Below, piece after piece: positions 29,620 to 40,226 of a stretch of 64,000 nt of DNA. A program made the position numbers and the translations under genes. This DNA is from Dehalococcoidia bacterium (GTDB lineage Bacteria > Chloroflexota > Dehalococcoidia > Bin125): the NCBI GenBank assembly GCA_965217625.1, contig OZ244557.1, positions 1,341,827 through 1,405,826 on the forward strand. Direction: 5' to 3'. The notes under the pieces were generated by a model that saw nothing but the letters and a program-made list of their open reading frames with translations, was not told the DNA's origin and searched no databases. Numbering within the stretch: the stretch's first letter is position 1; each line of letters starts with the position of its first letter.

Positions 29620-30020
29620 GGCGCTCCGGAGGCGGCGCGGGCTCAGGGCGCGTCTCGACCAGACGTGCCAGCAGTTCCTTGAATCTCACGCTGTCAACGG
29701 AGAGGCGCCTCGCGCCGTAGAACGCGTGCTGGATGGTGTCCAACATGTCGCTTGCCGTCTTGGGGTTGCCCCCCGTTAGCCGAGCCACATGGGATGGCCG
29801 AATATCGCGGCGGGTCGTCGCGACGAGGAGGACAGTGCAGAACCAGGCGCGCAGGGGAGCGTGGCTCCGGTGCAGCAAGGTGCCGGCCGTGGGATGGACG
29901 TGGTTGCCGCAGCGATCGCAAGAGGAGGAACGCCTAGATCGGACGCGGTGATGCTTCGTGACGCGGCGGCACGTCTCGCAGCGGATCCCCCCGCGGCAGT
30001 TGCCGGGCCCCGCGCCCCCA
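29620..30020 (-). pseudogene. IS1595-family transposase N-terminal fragment (zinc ribbon + HTH)
   Basis: CGG ... C ... IRCETCRRVTKHHRVRSRRSSSCDRCGNHVHPTAGTLLHRSHAPLRAWF ... ARLTGGNPKTASDMLDTIQ matches the IS1595 N-terminal Zn-ribbon/HTH. The DDE domain is missing. Confidence 0.4.
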
Positions 30021-30035
30021 CAGTGCAGCGGCGGG

Positions 30036-30953
30036 AGCCAGGCCGCGATCCCCATCCTCGCCGCAGCGGGCATCGTCGCCATCTCCGGCTCCGCGACCCG
30101 CACCGACCTCACCACCGCGCAGGCCCCGGGCGGCTGCTTCTTCCGGACCGCCTTCCGCAACGACCTCGAGGGCATCTTCGCCGGCCAATTCTTGCTCTCG
30201 GTGGAGGCTGACCGCTTCGATTTCGTCGACAGCAACGAGCCGTTCAGCATCGACCGCGTCGACGCCGCCCAGGCCTGCGTCGAGGCGGCAGGCGGATCGA
30301 TCGACCGTCGTCGCGTGAACATCGGCGACGTCGACTTCGGCCAGCTAGCCACGGAGATCGCGGCGGCCGATCCCGACTGCGTCGGTTTCGCCGGGTTCAA
30401 CCCCGAGGCCGGGCTGCTCGACCGGCAACTCCGCGACGCCGGCGACGACGGCTTGTTCGGCGCGGGGGACGCGGTGGCATCGATCCCCAACTGCGTCGAG
30501 CCCGTCGGCGAGGCGGCCGAGGGCGTGTTGTGCTCCGGTTGTCAGGTCCCGCTGCCGGCCGACGTCCTCGAGGCGTTCATCGCGCTCCACGGGCGGGCGC
30601 CCTCGGCGACGTTGCCCGCGCAGTACGTCGACGCCGCCACGGTGCTCCTCGACGCCGTGCAGGCGGTCGCCGAGGAGCGACCAGACGGCTCGCTCGTGAT
30701 TGACCCGCGGGCGCTGCGCGACGCGGTGCGCGCCACAGATCTGCGCGACGGCGTCTCGGGGGCGATCGCCTTCGACGCGCACGGCGACCGCCTGACGACG
30801 CCCGGGGAGGACCTCGACGCGCTCGTGGCGGCCGGCCTCGCGGCGCAGGATGCCGACGTCTATACCGCGCTCGGGCTCATCCCCTGCCAGGTGCAGGACG
30901 GCGTGCTGGTCCCGCTTGGTGGGCCGACCGCGGGCGAGGTGCGACTGCCGTAA
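30036..30953 (+). pseudogene. branched-chain amino acid ABC substrate-binding protein (LivJ/LivK family), N-terminally truncated
   Basis: It has the VP.IS..AT ... FFRTAFRND motif and a C-terminal AFDAHGDR end typical of the Leu/Ile/Val-binding family. The first ~100 aa and the signal peptide are missing at the junction with the IS1595 fragment. Confidence 0.5.
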
Positions 30954-30994
30954 GGCCGGGACGACAGCGCCCCGGACCGGGAGGAGATTGCAGG

Positions 30995-31906
30995 ATGACG
31001 GCATCGGGTCCGGCCCCGCGCTCCTCGGCCGTCGCGCGGATTGGCCTGTGGAGCGCGCGACACCGCCGGATCGTGCTTGCCGGCTGGCTGGCCGTCGTTG
31101 CCGTCGCGATCGGCGTTTGCTCCAGCGTCCAGCCGGACACCGACGTCGACGAGGAGACGGCCGGGGGAGGCGACACCGATCGGGCGACGGCGCTGATCGA
31201 GGAGCGCTTTCCGGTCGACGAAGGCGAGGTGGAAGGCACGGCCCAGGAGACCGTCTTCTTCTCCCACCCCGCGCTGCGGGTGACAGACCCCGCATACCGC
31301 CAGGGCGTCGAGGGCCTGATGGACGAGCTCGCCGCGCTGCGCATCGCGGAGCGCGTGACGATCGGCGGCACCGCCGTGACCAACAGCACGCGCATCGTGC
31401 GGGAGACCACCACCCACGACGAGCTCGGACTCGCGCGCGAGGCGTCGCCGTTCGTCGCGGCGAACGCGACCGGCGGGGACGTGACGTTCGCGCGGGTCCA
31501 GATCGACGCGACGGCCGTCGACGGCGTGGACCAGGTCGACAACATCCTCGTCGTCACCGATCTGGTCGCGGAGGTGAACGGGCGGGGTGGCTTCGAGGTC
31601 CTGATCGGCGGCGTGGCGTCGCTCACTCAGCAATTGACCGAGATCGACAACGAGGACCTCGCCCGCGCCAGCCTGATCACCCGGCCGATCACCTTCGCCA
31701 TCCGGATCCTTGCCTTCGGTGCCGTCCTCGCGGCCGGCGTGCCGCTCGCGCTCGCCTTCGGTTCGATCGCGATGGCGATCGCGGTGATCGCGTTGGTCAG
31801 CCAGGTGTTCCCGCAGAGCAGTGTCTTCGAGCAGATGGGGATAGGATGCGCGGTGCGGGCGCGTGGGAAGCCACGCGCGGCGCACGAGAACGGAGGGCCG
31901 CCGTGA
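30995..31906 (+). pseudogene. MMPL/RND-family transporter N-terminal fragment
   Basis: Signal/TM1 is followed by a periplasmic loop and TM2-4 (LITRPITFAIRILAFGAVLAAGVPLALAFGSIAMAIAVIAL). Only ~280 aa are present, and the frame ends where the duplicated segment (31822..) begins. Confidence 0.55.
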
Positions 31907-32680
31907 CCAAGGAACTCATCATCGAGGACGGGCCGATCACGCGGCTCACGATCAATCGGCCGGAACGGCACAACGCGATCAACACGGAGGTCGGCGACGC
32001 GATGATCGATGTCGTGACGCGCGTGGGTCGCGACCCGACTGTCCAGGTGCTGATCCTGGGCGGCACTGGGAAGTCGTTCAGCTCGGGCGACGACAGGACG
32101 GACGAGCGCACCATGTCCGCCCCGCACAGCGCGCCGTTCAATCAGGGACGGTATCCCTACCACCAGCTGCAAACCCTGTTGCGGCGTATCCCGCAACCCG
32201 TGATCGCCGAGGTGCACGGCTACTGCATGGGGTCCGGCTTCGACCTCATGCTCGCCTCCGACTTCGCGATCGCCGACCCCGACTCCCAACTAAGACTGGT
32301 GATCACCGCAACGGCCTTCCTGCCCAAGTACGTGGGGCTGAAGCACGCCTGGCGGCTGATCCTCGACGACGGCTTTACCTCGGCGCAGGAAGCCGCGGAC
32401 CTGGGCCTGATCACGAAAGTCGCGGCGCCGGGCGCGCTCGCGGAAGAGGTCAGCGCGCTGGCGGAGCGCCTCGCCGAGATCGGCCGCACCCGTCACGGCT
32501 TCCTCGGCGTCCTCAAGGAGTCGCTCAACCGCTCCTTCCTTCCCGCGCTGGACGATGACCTGCGCATGCAACTGATCGGCAGCCGCATGAGGGATCTCTA
32601 CCAGCTGCATCCACCCGCGGACGCCTAGGGGCGACGTCCGCGCTGCCGCTGACCGGATCAGTCGTCGTCGACCTCAGGGC
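31822..32680. repeat. ~860-bp segment duplicated in inverted orientation at 54338..55195 (about 99% identical)
   Basis: Direct comparison shows copy A equals the reverse complement of copy B, with 3 aa differences across the 241-aa crotonase. Both flanks diverge sharply at ~31822/55195 and ~32680/54338. Confidence 0.85.
31903..32628 (+). CDS. enoyl-CoA hydratase/isomerase (duplicate copy A)
   Basis: GTG 31903 overlaps the stop of the MMPL fragment. A crotonase fold is present (LTINRPERHNAIN). Confidence 0.85.
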   Translation: MTKELIIEDGPITRLTINRPERHNAINTEVGDAMIDVVTRVGRDPTVQVLILGGTGKSFSSGDDRTDERTMSAPHSAPFNQGRYPYHQLQTLLRRIPQPVIAEVHGYCMGSGFDLMLASDFAIADPDSQLRLVITATAFLPKYVGLKHAWRLILDDGFTSAQEAADLGLITKVAAPGALAEEVSALAERLAEIGRTRHGFLGVLKESLNRSFLPALDDDLRMQLIGSRMRDLYQLHPPADA

Positions 32681-32884
32681 GATGGAGCACGTGATCGTGT
32701 CACCCCACAACTCGGCCGCGTCCCAAGGCAACGAGGGGCGCGCCTTCGCGATATTCACCGCGAACCTCGCCCGCTGGCTGCGCGGCCAGGCCCTGGAGCA
32801 AGAGGTCGGCGAGCGCTGAGCGGTGGGGTGGGCCCCCATCGCGGGGGGCCGGCCGCGGGGCGCGGGGGGTGTCCCCGCAGCCCC

Positions 32885-33682
32885 CTACCTCCCTTGGAAC
32901 TCCCCCACCCGACGCTCGTTCGTCGCCCGCACCCCCTCGCCGAAGTCCTGGGTCCGCCGCAGCCAGTCCTGCGCCACCTGCTCGTGGTCCGTGGCCTCCC
33001 GGATCCGCGCCGCCAGCCCCTGCCGCATCGTCCGCCGGATCGACCGCACCGCCAGCGGCGCCGACGCCGCAATCTCCGCCGCGAACTCCATCGCCCGCGG
33101 GCGCAAGTCGTCCAGCGGGACCAGCTCGTCCACCATCCCCATCGCGTGCGCCTCCTCCCCCTTCACCCGCACCCCCGTGTACCGCATCCGCAACGCGTTC
33201 TGCTGCCCCACGATCGCCGGTAGCGACACCGTCAGCCCAAACCCGTGGTGAAAGCCCAGCCGCGCGAAATTCGCCGCGAAGCGCGCCGCCGGCGCCGCCA
33301 CCCGGAAGTCCGCCGACAGCGCCAGGCCCAGCCCGCCCCCGATCGCCGCCCCCTGCACCGCCGCCACCACCGGCAGCTCGGTGTCGTCCAGGCGCACCGC
33401 CTCGTAGTAGAGGTGGCGGCGGCCCCGCTTCCCGCCCGGCGGCGGCGGCTCGCCCTCCGCCGCCGGCCCGCCCAGCTGCGCCCCCGCGCAGAACGACCGC
33501 CCCTCCGACGCCAGCACGATCACCCGGGTGTCCGTCTCCCGGTCCAGCGCCTCGTAGGCGTCCGCCAGCGGCGCGATCATCTCCAGACTGAAGAAGTTGT
33601 GCGGCGGGCGCTGCACCTCCACCAGCGCGATCGGCCCGTCCAGCTCCCCCCCGATCTCCGGGAACTCTCCGAATGCGGTCAT
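32885..33682 (-). CDS. enoyl-CoA hydratase/isomerase
   Basis: Crotonase motifs are present (VEVQRPPHNFFS, oxyanion-hole GGG region). Confidence 0.85.
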   Translation of the reverse strand: MTAFGEFPEIGGELDGPIALVEVQRPPHNFFSLEMIAPLADAYEALDRETDTRVIVLASEGRSFCAGAQLGGPAAEGEPPPPGGKRGRRHLYYEAVRLDDTELPVVAAVQGAAIGGGLGLALSADFRVAAPAARFAANFARLGFHHGFGLTVSLPAIVGQQNALRMRYTGVRVKGEEAHAMGMVDELVPLDDLRPRAMEFAAEIAASAPLAVRSIRRTMRQGLAARIREATDHEQVAQDWLRRTQDFGEGVRATNERRVGEFQGR

Positions 33683-33796
33683 GTTCGCCTCCTCCGGCGC
33701 GTCCGTGAGCGTAGTGGCTCCAAGCCGCAGCGGCCCGTATCATCCCGGGGCGCTCCCCAGCGCCGCGCCGCCAGAGATGCGGGAGGAGACCTCCCC

Positions 33797-34660
33797 GTGA
33801 GCTACCAACACCTGTCCTTCGACCGTCACGGCCCCGTGGCCGTCGTCACCCTCAACCGCCCCGAGAAGCTCAACGCCCTCAACTTCGATCTCCAAGACGA
33901 GACGCGCGCCGCCTGCGCCGAAGTCGACGCCGACGACGACCTGCGCGTCATGGTCGTCACCGGCGCCGGCCGCGGCTTCTGCTCCGGCTCCGACCAAACC
34001 GCCGGCGGCGCCGCTCAAAAGCGCGACGCGCCCCAGAACGAGCGCTTCGACGAGTTCGCGCGGCTTCGACGGCAAGCCGGCCCGGACGACGTCCCGCCCC
34101 AGAACGAGCGCCTCGACGAGTTCGGCTGGGTCGGCCGCCAGGCCAAGGCCTTCTACGACCTCACCAAGCCCACCATCGCCGCCGTCAACGGCGTCGCCGT
34201 CGGCGCCGGCATGAGCCTCGCCCTCGCCTGCGACATGCGCATCGGCTCGGAGAACGCCCGCTTCAAGACCGTCTTCATCGAGCGCTCCCTCTCGCCCGAC
34301 TCCGGCATGTCCTTCTTCCTCCCCCGCATCGTCGGCTACTCCCGCGCCGCCGACCTCATCTTCACCAGCCGCGCCGTCGACGCCCCAGAGGCCCACGCCA
34401 TCGGCCTGCTCGACCGCCTCGTCGCCGCCGACGCGCTCCTGCCCGCCGCCCTGGAGTTGGCCAACCAGATCGCCGTCTGGCCCCCCGTCGCCATGCGCTC
34501 CGCCAAGCGCGTGCTGCAGAAGAACCTGCAGCTCAACCTCCATGACGCCCTGATCAACGAAACCGCCGGCCTCAACTTCGCCAACCGCGCCCCGCACGAC
34601 GTGAAAGAGTCGCGCGACTCCTTCCTGGAGAAGCGCGCTCCCGAGTTCACCGGCCGCTAG
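33797..34660 (+). CDS. enoyl-CoA hydratase/isomerase with internal 22-aa tandem duplication
   Basis: GTG 33797 follows a gggaggag RBS. Motifs VVTLNRPEKLNAL and FCSGSD are present. The 66-bp in-frame tandem repeat spans 34031..34162. Confidence 0.85.
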   Translation: MSYQHLSFDRHGPVAVVTLNRPEKLNALNFDLQDETRAACAEVDADDDLRVMVVTGAGRGFCSGSDQTAGGAAQKRDAPQNERFDEFARLRRQAGPDDVPPQNERLDEFGWVGRQAKAFYDLTKPTIAAVNGVAVGAGMSLALACDMRIGSENARFKTVFIERSLSPDSGMSFFLPRIVGYSRAADLIFTSRAVDAPEAHAIGLLDRLVAADALLPAALELANQIAVWPPVAMRSAKRVLQKNLQLNLHDALINETAGLNFANRAPHDVKESRDSFLEKRAPEFTGR

Positions 34661-34669
34661 CCGCCCCAC

Positions 34670-37132
34670 TTGGGAGGGTGCATCCCAGCCATGCCCGCCG
34701 CCTTCGACGACCTGCGCGTGCTGGACCTGTCCGACCGCCTCTCGGGGGCGTATAGCGCGCGCCTGTTCGGCGACTTCGGCGCCGATGTGCTGCTCATCGA
34801 GCCGCCGGAGGGGCACGCGTTGCGGCGCGAGCCCCCCTTTGCCGAGGGGGCATCGGGGCCGGAGGCGTCCCTGCTCCACGCCTATGTCAACGCCAACAAA
34901 CGCTCGCTGACGGTGCGCGAACCTCGGCAGATCGCGCAGCACGTCGCCGCCGCCGACCTGATCGTGACGACCGCGGCGCCCCTGCCCGGCGCGCTGCGCG
35001 CCGCGCTCGACGCGAAGCGCCCCGACGCCGTCCATCTGTCGGTGACCCCGTTCGGCCTCGACGGACCGTTGACGGGCGCGGCCGGGAACAACCTCACCGC
35101 CTGCGCCATGAGCGGTTGGGCCGACATCTGCGGCGACGCGGGCGAGCCGCCGCTCCAGCTGCCGCCGCACTCCTCCGACTACATCGCGGGGGTGTCGGCG
35201 TTCGTCGGGGCGGCCGGGGCGCTCCTGCGGCGGCGGGCGTCCGGCAAGGGCGCGCTGGTCGACGCGGGCGAGGCGGAAGCGGCGATCGTCACGACGATCC
35301 CCTGGTCGCTCGCGGCGGTGTACGAGGGGCCCGGGGGCTACGCGCAGGCCGTTCACACCCATCACCGCGACCACGGGTTCTACCGCGCGGCCGACGGGGA
35401 GATCCTGATCGGCCTGGGTCCGGGACCGTTCTGGATCGACGCGATGCACGTGCTCGACCTGCCCGAGCTCGCCGACGACCGCTTCGCCGACCCGCTGGTC
35501 CGCCCCGCGCACGTCGACGAGTTCCGGCCGCGTATCGAGGAGCGCGTCGCGCAGCTCCCCCGGTTCGACGTGTTCGAGACGCTGTCGTCCGTGCGCTCTC
35601 GGTCCGGCGTGGTGGAGACGATGTCGGACCTGTTGGCCGATCGCCAGCTGAGATCGCGCGGGTACTTCGTCGAGACGGAGGTCGCCGGCGGGACGGCGCG
35701 AGTGCCGGGCGCGCCGGCCAAGCTGGGCGCGACCCCGTGGGCGGCGCGACGCGGGGCCCCCCGGCTCAGCGATGCGGCCGCAGCGGCATGGTCGGATCCA
35801 CGGCCGCCGTCGCCGGCCCCTGGCGCCGTCGATGCGGCGCCGGTCGAGGCGCCGCTCTCGGGCGTGCGGGTGCTGACGTTCACGCAGGCGTGGACGGGCC
35901 CGCTCGGCACGGAGCTGCTGGCCCTGCTGGGGGCCGACGTGGTCCAGATCGAGGCGCGATCCCGTCCCGACGTTTGGCGCACCTACGCCGGAACGTCCTT
36001 CGCCAGTGAGTCCGGCGGCTACCGCGCCGACATCCCCGCCGGCATCGCCGACCCCGGCCGCCGCCAGCGCGCTTGGAACACGATGGGCCTCTACAACGGC
36101 ACCAACCTGCACAAGCGCGCCATCACCCTCGACATGCGCGACCCACGCGGAGCGGACCTCTTTTGGCGCCTCGTCCCCCGCTTCGATGTCGTGGCGGAGA
36201 ACTTCCGGCCCGACGTCATGTCCAATTGGGGCGTCACCTTCGAGGCGCTGCGCGCCGCGCGCCCCGACGTGATCTTCGCGTCGCTGTCGGGGTACGGCGC
36301 CACCGGGCCGTACGCGTCGTTCGCGGCCAACGGGGAGTCGATCGAGCCGATGTCCGGGTTTGCGTCGTTGCACGGGTACCTCGGGGGGCCGCCACAAAAT
36401 AGCGGCGGGCTGCTGCCGGACCCCGTCGGCGGGATGTACCTGGCGACCGCGATCCTGGCAGCCCTCCATCACCGTGCGCGCAGCGGCGAGGGCCAGCAGA
36501 TCGACATCTCCATGGTGGAGGCGATGACCGCCCACTTCGGCGACGCGGTGCTGGAGCATGCCCTGAACGGCGTCGTGCGTGGGCCATCGGGAAACCGCCA
36601 CCCGCGCGTGGCGCCGCACGGCGTGTACCCGGCGCGAGACGGCCGCTGGATCGCCATCGCCGCCGAGACCGACGACGCCTGGCGGGCCCTGGCCGGTCAG
36701 CTCGGACGGCCTCAGCTGGCCGGCGACCCGCGCTTCGCCTCGGCCGCCGCCCGCAAGGAGCACGAAGACGAGCTCGATGCGGCCATCGCGATCTGGAGCG
36801 GGGAGCAGGACGCCGACGATGCCGCCGGGGCCCTGCGGGGTCTGGGCTGCGCGGCGGCCCCGGTCGCCCGGTTGGCGGAGGTCGTGGAGTCGCCGCATCC
36901 GCACTTCGTCGAGCGGGGGTTCATGGCGGAGGTCGCGCACCCAGAGGCGGGGAGCCACCCGTTGGCGATCGCCCCGTGGAAGTTCTCGGGCCGCTCCGTG
37001 GCCAACGTGCGCCCCTCGCCCTGCATGGGCGAGCACAGCTTCGAGGTGTTGCACGAGGAGTTTGGGCTGAGCGAGTCGGAGTACAACGCCCTGGTCGAGG
37101 CGGGCGTCACCGGCGACATGCCCCCGGACTAG
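34670..37132 (+). CDS. tandem-fused family III CoA-transferase (two CaiB/BaiF domains)
   Basis: Two successive LRVLDLS / VRVLTFTQAWTGP N-terminal motifs and an 820-aa length show an internal domain duplication. Confidence 0.85.
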   Translation: MGGCIPAMPAAFDDLRVLDLSDRLSGAYSARLFGDFGADVLLIEPPEGHALRREPPFAEGASGPEASLLHAYVNANKRSLTVREPRQIAQHVAAADLIVTTAAPLPGALRAALDAKRPDAVHLSVTPFGLDGPLTGAAGNNLTACAMSGWADICGDAGEPPLQLPPHSSDYIAGVSAFVGAAGALLRRRASGKGALVDAGEAEAAIVTTIPWSLAAVYEGPGGYAQAVHTHHRDHGFYRAADGEILIGLGPGPFWIDAMHVLDLPELADDRFADPLVRPAHVDEFRPRIEERVAQLPRFDVFETLSSVRSRSGVVETMSDLLADRQLRSRGYFVETEVAGGTARVPGAPAKLGATPWAARRGAPRLSDAAAAAWSDPRPPSPAPGAVDAAPVEAPLSGVRVLTFTQAWTGPLGTELLALLGADVVQIEARSRPDVWRTYAGTSFASESGGYRADIPAGIADPGRRQRAWNTMGLYNGTNLHKRAITLDMRDPRGADLFWRLVPRFDVVAENFRPDVMSNWGVTFEALRAARPDVIFASLSGYGATGPYASFAANGESIEPMSGFASLHGYLGGPPQNSGGLLPDPVGGMYLATAILAALHHRARSGEGQQIDISMVEAMTAHFGDAVLEHALNGVVRGPSGNRHPRVAPHGVYPARDGRWIAIAAETDDAWRALAGQLGRPQLAGDPRFASAAARKEHEDELDAAIAIWSGEQDADDAAGALRGLGCAAAPVARLAEVVESPHPHFVERGFMAEVAHPEAGSHPLAIAPWKFSGRSVANVRPSPCMGEHSFEVLHEEFGLSESEYNALVEAGVTGDMPPD

Positions 37133-37399
37133 CCCGCACCCCCCGCGCTCGTGCGCCCCGCGATCCCGGTCCTCCCGAGAGCTGGTCACGAACCCCGACG
37201 CGCGGCGCCGGGAGGGTGAGCATGGGCGCGGCCTTCGGTCCCGCGCTCACCCGACACCCCTCGCGACGCCGCCCGATCGCAAATCGAGCGAGCGACGCGA
37301 GCGCGAGAACACCCAGCGCCGCCGCCAGTGCGAACGTCCACACCGCCGGCCCGTCGCTGCCCAGCCCGCCACCGCCGGTGGCGGGCAGCGCGGTGACGA

Positions 37400-38130
37400 C
37401 GCTGGACGATGCACGGAGAGACCGTGGGATTCCAGGTGGGCGAGGTAGGCCGCCTCGTGGCGGAATCCGCGTTCCTGCAACACCTCCAGGGCCGGGTCCT
37501 GCCAGCTCGGTGCTGGGAGGAGGCCGTGTGCGCGGGCGGGATCGAGACCCGTCAGCTGCCGGCAGCCGAGATGGTTGGCAAGGTCTGTTGCGGAGAGGCG
37601 GATGCGACCGTCGACCAACCGCATGTCGTTCCGTCCTGAATCCCACGGGCTCGCACCGTGGCGAACCGAAGATATCGTCGTGAACGGCACTGCGGGTGGG
37701 TACCACCACATCACGGACGTACGCCAGCGAGGGACGCGCCCAATTGAGTGGGTATCTCGCACTCGGGTGTGAGAGCGCAGCGATGTGGACTGGCCGTCCT
37801 TCGATCTCTGCGGGGACTTGTGTCTCTGTGATCGCCTGCCAGGAATCGAATGATGGCCTGATCCACTTGGCGACGCCCTTGCCCTGCAGCACGAGCACGG
37901 TGGGTTCGAGGATGCGGAGCGTCTCGCGGAAGTGGCGCAGACAGCGCGTACGCATCTCGCTCGTCGAGCGGCCGGTCGTGGTGCCTGGGGGCACGGCGCT
38001 GCAGAGCAAGACAGTGACGAGTGCGAAGGCATCGAACAGGTGAAACGCCCGATCGCCGTCCGCAGCCAACCATTCGCTGGCCGGAGGCCCTGTCAACTCC
38101 AGTCCAAACAGCAGCCGCAGGGCCATCGTC
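37400..38130 (-). pseudogene. degraded fragments: UDG-superfamily remnant (37691..38126) and RecB-like PD-(D/E)XK nuclease N-terminus (~37400..37624)
   Basis: FHLFDAFALV ... CLRHFRETLRILEPTVLVLQGKGVA ... AALSHPSA resembles UDG family 4/5. MRLVDGRIRLSATDLANHLGCRQLTGLD resembles the TM0106-type RecB-like nuclease N-terminus. The two lie in different frames and neither is complete. Confidence 0.3.
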
Positions 38131-38591
38131 GTCCCCCGCATGTGAGGATTCCTGGCTGAGAAGCCTTCGCGAAGGCCGCTCTTGCCATAAACCATCCGTC
38201 GCGATCGACCATGGAGACGTGCGCAGGCGGGTGCCCGTACTCCTGATCGATCACCGCGATTCGTCAGGGTGGACCATCGAGCTGCAGGTCGTCGTGTCGC
38301 CCAACGTGCGGGAGCTGGCCTTCGAAGACTTCCAGGCCCCTCAAGTGCGCGGATGTGTGACACACGTTCTGCTCGGTGCAACAGAACTTGTTTCCGTCGA
38401 GAACCGCCGCGCTCAAGTAGGCGTCGAGCCGCGCACCGCGAGCTTCACTGGCTTCAGGGTCGCTGCTGATCACGGGCGCCCCCTCAGGCTTCCAAGTCTG
38501 TGAGGGATCTACTGCATCGCTTCGGCGGATGCAACCGCTGGTTGTGAGTTGCGCTAACCTCACGACCCGGCGGGATTCGTGGAGCACAAGG

Positions 38592-39515
38592 ATGGGTCGC
38601 TACGACGCGCTCCTCGGCTACCTCGACGCGTCGGAGCGCGACTCCGAAACGATGCGTCTCGACGAGATCGGGGCGCGCCTCGAGAGTCCCCTGCCGGCCA
38701 GCGCGCGAAAGTATCCGGCGTTCTGGAGCTCCGCCAATCACATCGGCCGGCTGCTTCGGTCCCGCGGGTGGGACGCAACGCCTCGTCTCTCGGCGAGAGA
38801 AGTCGTGTTCGTTCGCGAACAACGCGGATCATCCGCTCTCTCGACGGGGTCGGATCCAGACGAATCGTCTGACCTCGTCCTTGTGGGCTGCGGAAAGGGG
38901 AAGCACTCGGGGCGCCACGCTGCGACGGATCGCTACTCTTCCGCGCTCTTCGGTGGGCGACGCGCGGAGGCCGAGGCGTTGGGGGCACCCTGGTTCATTC
39001 TCTCCGCCGAGCATGGGCTCCTCTCCCCGGAGATGAAGATCGACGCGTATGAGCGCTCCCTCGCAGACGCGTCCGCGCAGGAGAGACGTGAGTGGAGTGC
39101 GAGCGTGCTCGACGCGCTCGATCGCGTCGCCGGTCCGCTCGCTGGTCGGAACGTCCAGATCATGGCCGGTGCCGAGTACCGCGACGACGGCCTCGTCGAA
39201 CGGCTGCGCGCGCGAGGGGCCAAGGTGAGCGAGTTGCTGAAGGGCGTGCCCCTCGGCGAGCAGCTTCGGTGGTTCAAGTCGCGGCACGGCGGGCGCACGG
39301 ACACGTCTGCGGAGCCCGTGTCGACTCCAGGGACGCCGCCCGGAGACGTGACGACGATCGTCGAGCAGCTCACGAGGGAGTTTGCGAATGAGGCATGGGA
39401 GCGAGTCGAACGCCGCAAAGCCCCCGCCCTGGATGGGCGGGCATGCCGGAATGCCACGCGGCGGAATCCCTGCGAGCGCGCGGATGCGACGCTGTCACCT
39501 TCCGATACCTGTTGA
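38592..39515 (+). CDS. hypothetical protein (N-terminal small domain + DUF6884-like central region)
   Basis: ATG 38592 has an aagga RBS. Conserved-looking blocks are LVLVGCGKGKH and WFILSAEHGLLSPEMKIDAYERSL. The family assignment is tentative. Confidence 0.45.
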   Translation: MGRYDALLGYLDASERDSETMRLDEIGARLESPLPASARKYPAFWSSANHIGRLLRSRGWDATPRLSAREVVFVREQRGSSALSTGSDPDESSDLVLVGCGKGKHSGRHAATDRYSSALFGGRRAEAEALGAPWFILSAEHGLLSPEMKIDAYERSLADASAQERREWSASVLDALDRVAGPLAGRNVQIMAGAEYRDDGLVERLRARGAKVSELLKGVPLGEQLRWFKSRHGGRTDTSAEPVSTPGTPPGDVTTIVEQLTREFANEAWERVERRKAPALDGRACRNATRRNPCERADATLSPSDTC

Positions 39516-39529
39516 CGCTGGTCGCCGCG

Positions 39530-40207
39530 ATGGACCGCGCACGAACCGCGGATGCGCTCTGGCGGAACGCGGTGCGCCTCTTCGATGTGGCGCCGTGGAC
39601 CTCCGACCCTGCCCAAGTCGTCCAACGATCGTTCGGGGAGCTGCGGGACGCCCTCGCCGGAAGCGGCGTCTCGCAGCGGCACCTGGTCGACAGCGCCGCC
39701 TGGCTCGCGATCTGCGAAGCCCTCCAGCATCCCCGAAGCCCGCGCGCCGTCCGCGACGCGATCACGCAGGGCGAAGGCTCCGTCGAGGAACTGACCGCGG
39801 CCCTCAACGCGACGTCCCCGGGCGGCCAACCGTGGTTTCCGCTGCTGCAGGGACCGAAGGTCTCGGTGTTGTGGATCCGCATGCTCGCCGAGCCAGGCGG
39901 GGCGTCGATCAGCGGGCTCCGGCAGCTCCCCGTGGCAGTCGATGTCCAGGTTCGCAAGGTCACGGAGTATCTCGGCGTCACGGACACGCGTGGCCTCAAG
40001 CTGGAGGCGGCGCGGCCTGAGATTCAACGGGCTTGGATGAAGGGCGCGGATGCTGCGATCGGGCCGCCCGCGTTGACGGGCTCGGGCGCCGCTCTGGATC
40101 CCGCGCTGTGGTTCTTCGGTAAGTGGGGCTGCACCTTCTGCGAGCGAGACGGGGCGCGTACGCCGATCAGCCCTTTATGCGAGCGCTGCCAGTTCCAGCC
40201 GGCCTAG
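39530..40207 (+). CDS. hypothetical protein with C-terminal Cys-rich (CxxC ... CxxC) motif
   Basis: A start at the internal ATG 39530 avoids overlap with the upstream gene. The C-terminus is WGCTFCERDGARTPISPLCERCQF. Confidence 0.4.
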   Translation: MDRARTADALWRNAVRLFDVAPWTSDPAQVVQRSFGELRDALAGSGVSQRHLVDSAAWLAICEALQHPRSPRAVRDAITQGEGSVEELTAALNATSPGGQPWFPLLQGPKVSVLWIRMLAEPGGASISGLRQLPVAVDVQVRKVTEYLGVTDTRGLKLEAARPEIQRAWMKGADAAIGPPALTGSGAALDPALWFFGKWGCTFCERDGARTPISPLCERCQFQPA

Positions 40208-40226
40208 CTCGCGGAGTCCATCGCGC

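Noticed and set aside
33245-33796. N-terminal 184-codon extension of the crotonase ORF 33245..34660
   Set aside because: The extension is antisense to the neighbouring crotonase (32885..33682) and is Arg/Pro-rich. GTG 33797 with a GGGAGGAG RBS gives a canonical crotonase N-terminus.
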